A DNA stretch of 19,876 bases. Origin: Promethearchaeota archaeon (lineage in GTDB: Archaea > Asgardarchaeota > Odinarchaeia > Odinarchaeales > JBHLKK01). Made by a program: the position numbers and the translations under genes. Each line of letters starts with the position of its first letter. Within the stretch, counting starts at the first letter, position 1. The notes beneath the pieces were generated by a model. The model searched no databases, was not told the DNA's origin, and worked only from the letters and a program-made list of their open reading frames with translations. The DNA is taken from contig JBHLPL010000015.1 in assembly GCA_048939465.1 (NCBI GenBank), positions 1-19,876 on the forward strand, read 5' to 3'. This document shows positions 1 to 7,122 of this stretch, piece after piece.

Positions 1-30
1 TTTTCTTCTTATATATTTGTTGCTCTTTAG

Positions 31-45
31 TAAAAGATTTAAATA
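31..45 (+). promoter_or_regulatory. Archaeal BRE/TATA promoter for the CoA cluster (TAAAAGA-TTTAAATA)
   Basis: Purine-rich BRE followed by TTTAAATA at 38-45, about 110 nt upstream of ATG 158; implies a ~90 nt leader. Confidence 0.6.
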
Positions 46-157
46 GACTTCCTCTCAAAAGCCTCACAGCGAGATACGTTCCTCCCTGAGGGGGTTACCT
101 AGTCCTTCAATTATGATATTCGAGATGGAAATGAAGAGTGACGTAGGAGGACCGTAG

Positions 158-961
158 ATGGGTAATGAATTCAGAATTCCAGACAAACATCCGAGGGCTG
201 AGTCCTTGAGGATTCGTGAGCTGCTCGTAAGAAACTGGAAGGAAGGTGTTGTTGCAACCGCCGGACTAATAGCGCATGGGAGAGGAGAGGCGTTTGATTA
301 CTTGCTGGGGGAAAGAACTACTGGAGCAGCGAGAAAGGCAATGAAGGCAGCTGCTGCAGCGCTACTGTTGGCTAATTACCCTGTTATATCGGTGAATGGA
401 AATGCTGCCGCTCTTGCTTCCCGAGAAATAGTTGAACTCTCCAGAATCATTGGATCGGGCATAGAGGTCAACCTGTTCCATCGTTCGTTAGACAGAGAAG
501 AGTCTATCGGAAGTCTGCTTAAAAAGGCTGGTGCACCGGACATATTGGGGATCGGTGACGCAGCCTCAAAAGAAATACCTGAAATCGGCAGTGAGAGAAG
601 ACGCGTCGATCCCAAAGGAATATATGTTGCAGATGTTGTTCTCGTTCCCTTGGAGGACGGGGACCGAACAGAAGGCCTAATTAAAATGGGAAAGACTGTC
701 ATAGCTGTTGATTTGAATCCTCTTTCAAGGACAGCCCAGTTTGCGTCGATTACGATCGTCGATAATATAGTAAGAGTGTTACCGACTTTGATCAAGATGT
801 CTCATGAATTAAAGATGGAAGATAGGATCGAATTGACAAAAATTGTTTCCGAATACAGCAACAAAGAAACATTATCGGACGCTATAAGTCAGATTAACTC
901 AAGACTCAAAGAACTGTCGGAGAAAGGGATTTACCTTGAAAGACCCGTCTGGAGGGAGTAG
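158..961 (+). CDS. 4-phosphopantoate--beta-alanine ligase (archaeal phosphopantothenate synthetase, PPS)
   Basis: Family motifs HPRAESL, GLIAHGRGEAFDYLLGERT, SVNGN, EVNLFHRS, VLVPLEDGDRTE, DLNPLSRTAQ; GGAGG SD at 146-150; clustered with panB, pantoate kinase and coaBC. Confidence 0.95.
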   Translation: MGNEFRIPDKHPRAESLRIRELLVRNWKEGVVATAGLIAHGRGEAFDYLLGERTTGAARKAMKAAAAALLLANYPVISVNGNAAALASREIVELSRIIGSGIEVNLFHRSLDREESIGSLLKKAGAPDILGIGDAASKEIPEIGSERRRVDPKGIYVADVVLVPLEDGDRTEGLIKMGKTVIAVDLNPLSRTAQFASITIVDNIVRVLPTLIKMSHELKMEDRIELTKIVSEYSNKETLSDAISQINSRLKELSEKGIYLERPVWRE

Positions 962-1012
962 CCGGCTTCTGTTAATTCTCGCCTAAAGTGTTCTAAATGG
1001 AGAAGAAAGAGG

Positions 1013-1780
1013 ATGGATCTGGATATCCTGAGCAAAAAGAAGGGTAAGAGCAAGATCATTATGTTAACTGCCTATGACTTTCAAATTGCCAAGATCCTCG
1101 ATGAAGTAGGGATAGATCTCATTCTTGTTGGAGACAGCCTCAGCATGGTAGTATTGGGGAACAAAGACACAAAAAGCGCAACTATGGAGGATCTACTTCA
1201 TCACACCAAAGCAGTATCAAGGGGAGCAAAAAACACACCGATTATTGGTGACATGCCCATTGGAAGCGATAGGAATGTAGAAGATGCACTGATCAACGCA
1301 AGGAGGTTCTTGAAGTGTGGAGCGAACGGAGTCAAAATCGAAGGAAATAAAACAGCGGTAGTAAAGGCGCTGATCGACGAAGGAATTCCCGTTATGGGAC
1401 ACGTAGGATTACTACCTCAGACAGCAGATGCTTATCGAGTTAGGGGAAAGACACAGAACGAGGCCTTGAGAATCCATAAGGATGCAATAGCGCTGGATAG
1501 ACTGGGGATCTTCTCCATGGTTTTGGAATGCATTCCCAGTAAGTTGGCAAAAAGAATCACTGGGGACATTGAAGCACCTACCATTGGGATCGGGGCTGGG
1601 AAATACTGTGATGGCCAGGTTCTGGTGATCAATGACATGCTGGGTCTTGATCCTACGTTTACTCCTAAGTACCTCAAGCGATATGCAAACCTAAACAGAA
1701 CAATAAAAGAGGCTCTAGGGAAATTCATGCAGGAAGTCCAAGAAGGAATCTACCCGGACAAGAAGCACACGTACCATTAA
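1013..1780 (+). CDS. panB: 3-methyl-2-oxobutanoate hydroxymethyltransferase (ketopantoate hydroxymethyltransferase)
   Basis: Motifs MLTAYD, LVGDSL, GDMP, VKIEG, GHVGLLPQ, LECIP, IGIGAGxxCDGQVLV. Confidence 0.96.
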   Translation: MDLDILSKKKGKSKIIMLTAYDFQIAKILDEVGIDLILVGDSLSMVVLGNKDTKSATMEDLLHHTKAVSRGAKNTPIIGDMPIGSDRNVEDALINARRFLKCGANGVKIEGNKTAVVKALIDEGIPVMGHVGLLPQTADAYRVRGKTQNEALRIHKDAIALDRLGIFSMVLECIPSKLAKRITGDIEAPTIGIGAGKYCDGQVLVINDMLGLDPTFTPKYLKRYANLNRTIKEALGKFMQEVQEGIYPDKKHTYH

Positions 1781-1879
1781 ACTTCAAAATAGGAGCATAT
1801 TTATAGGCCTTTGATGTAAAATTGAGAATAATTTTTTAAGGACATAAGGTGATTATCTTGGGCTAAGGAGAGTGAAAGT

Positions 1880-2107
1880 GTGGCGATACTGGCATTCGTA
1901 CTGATTCGAGCCAAGACGGGTAAAGAATTGGACATAATGTTAGAACTGGAGCAAATGGAAGAAGTAAAAGAAGCATATATGATTTACGGGGGATGGGACG
2001 TTATTGCCAGAGTTGAAGTTGAAAGCCTCCCCCAACTTGATACGCTGGTTGTAGATATCAGAGGACTAAGAGACGTCCAGCAAACAGCCACACTGATTAC
2101 AGCCTGA
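1880..2107 (+). CDS. Stand-alone Lrp/AsnC ligand-binding (RAM) domain protein, no HTH
   Basis: 75 aa with pattern AFVLI...EVKEAYMIYGGWDVIARVEV...IRGL..V..TATLI typical of archaeal RAM domains; GTG start with AAGGAG SD upstream. Confidence 0.85.
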   Translation: MAILAFVLIRAKTGKELDIMLELEQMEEVKEAYMIYGGWDVIARVEVESLPQLDTLVVDIRGLRDVQQTATLITA

Positions 2108-2194
2108 ATCGATCTCTCACCGGTTTTGCAGTTGCTTTTGAAGTTGAAATTTAATAGACTCATTCACCATAATCTGAAACCATGGGTGTTCAAG

Positions 2195-3121
2195 ATGGGT
2201 ATGAGTATTGCTTTTGTTCCTAGCCATATTTCGGGCTTTTTCGAGGTATGTGAAAAGCTGCCAGATGGCAGTTTGATAAAAAGTCCTCTGGAGGTCGGGT
2301 CTCGAGGAGCTGGACCTAATCTCAGCATAGGATGTAAGACTTCAGTTTTTGCGGAAAGAGCGGAAGATACGGATATCACGGTTCTCGTCAATGGAGTAGA
2401 AGTTACTGAAGCTGAGACAACTAAAGCTGCCATTTCCAAAGTTCTGCAATTGAAAAGAGAATCATTCGACGTTAGAGTTGAACACGAGTTTGGCGTTCCC
2501 ATAGGGTATGGATATGGAGCAAGCGGGGCCGGAGCCTTGGGAGCGGCAATTGCCCTAACCCACGCAATAGGATACGGGTTAACTGCAAATGGAGTCGGGG
2601 AAATTGCGCACGTTGCGGAGATTGAGTGTAAAACCGGATTAGGAACGGTTGGAACCGAACTCATGGGAGGATTTACCATATCACTGAAGGGAGGAGCACC
2701 GGGTTTAAACATAATAGATAAGATAATAGTTCCTCCCAACTTGAAGATCGTATCTGGATTCTATGGTCCGATTCTAACAAAGACTGTTTTGTCCAGTCCG
2801 GAGAAGAAAGAGAAGATAAATAGGGCAGGAAAACGAGCAATGATTAAACTACTGGCAAACCCCACAGTGAAGGAATTCACTGCCGTATCTCGAGAATTTT
2901 CAAAGACATGTGGTTTAATGACCAAGAAGGTTGAAGAGATTTTGATTGAGCTGGACAAAGTCTCACCATGGAGGGCAAGTATGAATATGATCGGAGAAGC
3001 GGTCTTCGCAATCACCAAAGAAAAGCACCTGCCTATTATTAGACAACAACTTGCATCCTTTCTCCCCGAAAAGAATATTCTTATAGCAGATCTAGACAAC
3101 ACTGGAGCAAGACTAATCTAA
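2195..3121 (+). CDS. Pantoate kinase (PoK, GHMP kinase family)
   Basis: AFVPSHISGFF, GSRGAG, PIGYGYGASGAGALG (GHMP ATP loop), HVAEIECKTGLG. Start moved from 2126 to ATG 2195 (or 2201) because a TATA-like TTTAATAG lies at 2150-2157 inside the longer ORF. Confidence 0.9.
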   Translation: MGMSIAFVPSHISGFFEVCEKLPDGSLIKSPLEVGSRGAGPNLSIGCKTSVFAERAEDTDITVLVNGVEVTEAETTKAAISKVLQLKRESFDVRVEHEFGVPIGYGYGASGAGALGAAIALTHAIGYGLTANGVGEIAHVAEIECKTGLGTVGTELMGGFTISLKGGAPGLNIIDKIIVPPNLKIVSGFYGPILTKTVLSSPEKKEKINRAGKRAMIKLLANPTVKEFTAVSREFSKTCGLMTKKVEEILIELDKVSPWRASMNMIGEAVFAITKEKHLPIIRQQLASFLPEKNILIADLDNTGARLI

Positions 3122-3151
3122 AATCGTAACTAGCTAAGGGTTGGTGGTACT

Positions 3152-3673
3152 TTGGTCCTAAGATCATTCAAAGGTGTATTTCCGCAAATTCATCCGACGG
3201 CTTACATCGACAAGACGGCGGTGGTCATCGGGAACGTTGAAGTAGGTGATTCGAGCAGCGTCTGGCCGAGTGCAGTCATAAGAGGAGACATAAGTCGCAT
3301 TAGTATCGGGAAGGGGTCCAGTATCCAAGACAATGTTAGCATCCACACAGATATGAAATATTGTGTGGAAATTGGAGATTATGTCATAGTTGGGCACAAC
3401 TGCGTCATTCATGGTTCCAAAATAGGGAATTATGTTGTAGTTGGAATGGGAGCAATTCTTATGAATGGTGTTGAAGTCGGGAGCGAATCAGTTATAGGAG
3501 CAGGATCAGTTGTAACAGAAGGTAACAAAATCCCTGAAAGGAGTCTGGTTATTGGTATTCCTGGCAAAGTAGTCAAGAAGGTAGACGACGCAACAGTAGG
3601 TCGTATCAAGAGGGGGTCTGAGATCTATGTCGATTTGGCAAGACACCACAAACTTGGGGAAGAAAGGACATGA
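3152..3673 (+). CDS. Gamma carbonic anhydrase family / hexapeptide-repeat protein (YrdA/CaiE/PaaY-like)
   Basis: Left-handed beta-helix repeats, AVIRGD, IQDNVSIH, VGHNCVIHG with the three Zn-ligand His, C-terminal GIPGKVVK helix; TTG start. Confidence 0.9.
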   Translation: MVLRSFKGVFPQIHPTAYIDKTAVVIGNVEVGDSSSVWPSAVIRGDISRISIGKGSSIQDNVSIHTDMKYCVEIGDYVIVGHNCVIHGSKIGNYVVVGMGAILMNGVEVGSESVIGAGSVVTEGNKIPERSLVIGIPGKVVKKVDDATVGRIKRGSEIYVDLARHHKLGEERT

Positions 3674-3709
3674 TTGATATGATCTGTTTTATCATCTGAC
3701 TTTAGAGGC

Positions 3710-3724
3710 AAAAAGGTATATTAA
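3710..3724 (+). promoter_or_regulatory. BRE/TATA promoter upstream of coaBC (AAAAAGG-TATATTAA)
   Basis: TATATTAA at 3717-3724 preceded by an A-rich BRE, about 45 nt upstream of ATG 3769. Confidence 0.55.
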
Positions 3725-3768
3725 CACAATGTGCACTAAGAGCACTAGAAGACGAACGAGGGTACGTT

Positions 3769-5022
3769 ATGTTCGGAGACCACACATCAAAATCCATCAT
3801 TGGCATAAAAACCAAAGAACTGCGGGGAAAGAAGATAGCTCTATGTATAACTGGAAGCGTGGCAGCCATACAGTGTTCCATCATTGCGAGGGAACTTATG
3901 AGGTGCGGAGCAGAGGTTTTTGGCGTCATGTCATTTAATGCCAGAAAGCTAATTACTCCTGAGCTTATTGAATGGGCGACCGGCAATCCGGTTGTCACTG
4001 AGCTCACGGGAAAAGTGGAGCATGTCACACTGGCCGGAGATCACCCAGACAGATGTGATCTGATTCTTGTTGCACCAGCTACTGCAAATACAATAAGCAA
4101 AATAGCCCATGCCATTGACGACACCCCAGTTACAACAGTTGTTTCTACAGCGATAGGCAGTGGAATTCCGATAGTGCTGGTTCCAGCGATGCACGAAAGC
4201 CTATATCACCATCCAACAGTTCGAGATAACATTATGAGACTTGAAGGACTCGGTATCGAATTCGTTGGTCCAAGGTTTGAAGAAGGAAAGGCAAAAATTG
4301 CCCATGTGGACGATATCGTAGAACGAGTCTTAAATCGCTTGATATACAGGAAAGATATGACTGGTCGTCAAGTCTTGGTCACAGCAGGACCTACGAGAGA
4401 ATTCATTGATGGTATCCGATTTCTAAGCAACCCGAGTTCTGGCAAGATGGGCATCGAGCTAGCAAAAGTAGCCAAAGCGAGGGGGGCAAAGGTCTGTTTG
4501 GTATATGGCTCTGTCAATATTGAGTTACCAAGTGGAATCAAACTGATTCATGTCGAAAGCACGAAGGAGATGGTTAGTGCTGTGATTTCTGAACTGAAGA
4601 AAAGCAAGTACGACATCATGGTTCATCCTGCCGCCGTTTCAGATTATGGACCGGAAGAAAGGGTCAATAAAAAACTCCCTTCGAACATGAAAAGCCTAAC
4701 GATCAAATTAAAGCCTCTTCCCAAGATTGTCTGCGAAGCCAGACAAACGTCGACAGACATGTTTCTTGTCGGATTTAAAGCCGAATACGACGTGACTGAA
4801 AAGGAATTGATTGAGAATGCGTATGAGCGTCTGAAGGAAACCGGCATGAACCTCATAGTTGCAAATGACGTAGCTAAGGACAATATTGGATTTGCTACTG
4901 AAACCAATGAAGTATATATCATTGATCCTGACAGAAATGTGACTCATGTTCCGCTTTCGCACAAGAAAGAGGTGGCATCAAAGATATTTGACATAATACT
5001 TGCCAAATCAGAAAGAAAATAA
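3769..5022 (+). CDS. coaBC: Bifunctional phosphopantothenoylcysteine decarboxylase / phosphopantothenate--cysteine ligase
   Basis: GSVAA, APATANTISKIAHAIDD, PAMHESLY, VTAGPTREFIDGIRFLSNPSSGKMG, AAVSDY, GFKAE, ANDV. Confidence 0.96.
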   Translation: MFGDHTSKSIIGIKTKELRGKKIALCITGSVAAIQCSIIARELMRCGAEVFGVMSFNARKLITPELIEWATGNPVVTELTGKVEHVTLAGDHPDRCDLILVAPATANTISKIAHAIDDTPVTTVVSTAIGSGIPIVLVPAMHESLYHHPTVRDNIMRLEGLGIEFVGPRFEEGKAKIAHVDDIVERVLNRLIYRKDMTGRQVLVTAGPTREFIDGIRFLSNPSSGKMGIELAKVAKARGAKVCLVYGSVNIELPSGIKLIHVESTKEMVSAVISELKKSKYDIMVHPAAVSDYGPEERVNKKLPSNMKSLTIKLKPLPKIVCEARQTSTDMFLVGFKAEYDVTEKELIENAYERLKETGMNLIVANDVAKDNIGFATETNEVYIIDPDRNVTHVPLSHKKEVASKIFDIILAKSERK

Positions 5023-5085
5023 CATGCTCGTTTTTGCCTTTCGCATCTTGATCGCTCCCTCAGCAGTAAACGAAAAAGACAAGCC

Positions 5086-5091
5086 TTTTTT
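5086..5091 (+). terminator. Possible oligo-T terminator after coaBC
   Basis: T6 run about 65 nt after the coaBC stop; archaeal intrinsic terminators are T tracts. Weak on its own. Confidence 0.3.
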
Positions 5092-5245
5092 CCCCAAAAA
5101 ATCAGTGGTCTCTTGCACGTCTGTCCACGGTCTGTAACGGAAGTAGTTTGCATTGGAGATGGAGAAGGAGGATTGAATTCGATCCGTTTAGAACTATTTT
5201 TAAATCTTATGATGAGTATGTTATGTATGAGTGTGGGACCAAATA

Positions 5246-5938
5246 ATGAAGCTCTATGACCTGTATATAATATACTACGATGGGAGAAGCATTATGCATA
5301 AGGAATTCGCAACATCTTCCTTGGATGAAACGATTACGAGTGGGTTCTTGAGTGCACTGAATGACTTCGCCAAGGAAGCTTTGCCTTCTAAGGAACCTCT
5401 GAGAGTCATAGAAAAAGGGAATATTAAAGTTGTATTCGTGAGTAGTCCCCACGTTAGAATGGCCCTCATATGCGAAACAAAGAAGGATTCCGAGGTCGAA
5501 TATGCCAAAACCCAGATGGAGTATCTACTCGAAAGAATAAGAGGGAAATATTCAAAATACCTGGCTGAGTGGGATGGGAATCTTAGAAGCTTCAGAGGAT
5601 TGAAGAAACTTATTGAGAATGTTTTCAAAGAGCTGGTTAAAGTTGCAGCTTCACCGTCTTATGAAGAATTGCTAAAAAGTGCAAATAGATATTATTATGC
5701 GGTAGAGGGAACAGGAAGAATCATATATGATGTTTTCTACAGGAATTCGAGAGGCTTCACGAAATTCCTGAATCGAAGAGCTATTCCTCCTGCCAAAGTT
5801 GACAGTCTCATTCAAGTCCTCATAGATAGAAAGATGAAAAGTAGAAAATTGGCAGAACAATTCGACCTGGATCTTCAAGATACGGTTGCATTACTGAGAA
5901 ATCTGAAGCTTAGAGGGGTCGTAAGTGTCTGGAAATGA
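5246..5938 (+). CDS. Longin-like domain protein with C-terminal winged helix
   Basis: N-terminal LYIIYYDGRS...TSGFLSALNDFAKE...LRVIEKGNIKV...KYSKYLAEWDG..F matches the Asgard longin-like pattern; C-terminal SRKLAEQFDLDLQDTVALLRNLKLRGVV is wHTH-like. TATA-like TTTTTAAAT at 5197-5205 favours ATG 5246 over GTG 5231. Confidence 0.75.
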   Translation: MKLYDLYIIYYDGRSIMHKEFATSSLDETITSGFLSALNDFAKEALPSKEPLRVIEKGNIKVVFVSSPHVRMALICETKKDSEVEYAKTQMEYLLERIRGKYSKYLAEWDGNLRSFRGLKKLIENVFKELVKVAASPSYEELLKSANRYYYAVEGTGRIIYDVFYRNSRGFTKFLNRRAIPPAKVDSLIQVLIDRKMKSRKLAEQFDLDLQDTVALLRNLKLRGVVSVWK

Positions 5939-7040
5939 GTTAGACATCATAGCTCTGGCCAAAGGATTGAATGCGTACGTGCGACGTTTAATTACACAGG
6001 TCGCAATAAGCGAAGGACTGTCCGATATCCTTAAGAGTCCAAGAAGCATTATTGAGCTGGCAGATATCCAAGGCTATAAGAACCTCAGACTGCTCAGGAA
6101 ACTCGTTCTCTCGCTTTCAAGTATCGGGGTCTTCAAGCAAGTTGGAGATGAGTTCGAATGGCTAGGCAGTGACACAAGAATTACCCCTGAAGAGAAAATG
6201 GTCGAGCAATATTGCGAGCCATGGCTTCTTCTTCTTCAGCTTTATGCGAAGGCATTTCCTAGGATCCTCAGAGGCGGTCCACCGAGTCCCACTCAAGATG
6301 TCGGAATATGTGACAGCATCAATGCAACGGAGCTCTATGAGTTCGTGTGGCGTGAAGCAATGAGGCTTAGTGAATTGCCCAAAGAGTCTGTAGTTCTTGA
6401 CGTAGGGTGCAGAACCGGGTGGAGTACCATATATCTGCTAGAAGAGCTTAAACCCAAGACTCTTGTTGCAATTGATAGCTCGGAGTCCTATATAGACGTA
6501 GCAATAGATAACGTCTCCGAGTTCAAACCTGAACAGGATAATGTGAGCTTTTTGATTCATGATTTCAGGAAAGAACTCTCTCCGGTTAAACTGGGCCTTG
6601 AGGAAAGTATAGGGGTTGTATTTGTATCTTATCTCTTTCACTGGTACGAGAAAAAGGATATTCTAAAGATACTCATCAATTTGAGAAAAATACTCGATAA
6701 GGGAGCTGTTGTATTCTTTCTGCAACCAGTTGTGGCCTACAGGGACCAACCCCGGCACTTCGAGGTCTTGCTGCATTCAGAAAAGGGATATAAAAACTAT
6801 CCAGAATACTCTGATTTTGCGAATATGATAGTTTCGGCAGGTTTCAGATTTCCTAGAAGAGAATATAACTTGTTTCTTTGGACCTACGTATGGGATGAGG
6901 AAGAGGAGGAGATCGGTAAGCTTACTTCAGACGCGCCGCGATTTTGCTCCAAATGCGGGAGAGAACTGCCGCTTTCTGCAATGTTTTGTGTCAACTGTGG
7001 CAACATTCTAAAATACAGGCTTGCTTATCCTCTCATATAG
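5925..7040 (+). CDS. Class I SAM-dependent methyltransferase with N-terminal wHTH and C-terminal zinc ribbon
   Basis: N-terminal PRSIIELA...LRKLVLSLSSIGVF (wHTH as in O-methyltransferases), motif I VLDVGCRTG, VAIDSS, LFHW, C-terminal CSKCG-x8-FCVNCG; GTG start overlaps the upstream gene by 14 nt. Confidence 0.8.
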   Translation: MSGNELDIIALAKGLNAYVRRLITQVAISEGLSDILKSPRSIIELADIQGYKNLRLLRKLVLSLSSIGVFKQVGDEFEWLGSDTRITPEEKMVEQYCEPWLLLLQLYAKAFPRILRGGPPSPTQDVGICDSINATELYEFVWREAMRLSELPKESVVLDVGCRTGWSTIYLLEELKPKTLVAIDSSESYIDVAIDNVSEFKPEQDNVSFLIHDFRKELSPVKLGLEESIGVVFVSYLFHWYEKKDILKILINLRKILDKGAVVFFLQPVVAYRDQPRHFEVLLHSEKGYKNYPEYSDFANMIVSAGFRFPRREYNLFLWTYVWDEEEEEIGKLTSDAPRFCSKCGRELPLSAMFCVNCGNILKYRLAYPLI

Positions 7041-7052
7041 ATAGATCTTGAC

Positions 7053-7113
7053 GGGGTTTTTACGCTACCCCATATTCTTTGCTGGAAGCTTGACCTAGAT
7101 AGGTTCTAAGCTT
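7053..7113. terminator. Two small hairpins between convergent genes
   Basis: GGGGT(7053-57)/ACCCC(7067-71) and AAGCTT-ACCTA/TAGGT-AAGCTT (7086-7113) in the 82-nt gap between converging stops. Confidence 0.3.
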
Positions 7114-7122
7114 ATTCCACGC

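Noticed and set aside
155-160. Amber (pyrrolysine-type) readthrough at the TAG-ATG junction before PPS
   Set aside because: TAG is the ordinary stop of many genes here (961, 7040, 10052, 12587, 14279, 15148, 17000), PPS is full length from 158, and no pyl genes are visible.
4180-4310. CoaBC has PAMH instead of PxMN and lacks the bacterial catalytic Cys loop (reads PRFEEGKAK)
   Set aside because: As I recall, this is the normal archaeal CoaBC variant, not a sign of inactivation.
158-5022. CoA cluster lacks ketopantoate reductase, aspartate decarboxylase, PPAT and dephospho-CoA kinase
   Set aside because: These genes are commonly unlinked in archaea; absence from one window is uninformative.
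5209-5215. C-box-like ATGATGA suggesting a C/D sRNA
   Set aside because: No CTGA D box at a suitable distance; it lies between the TATA and start of the longin gene.
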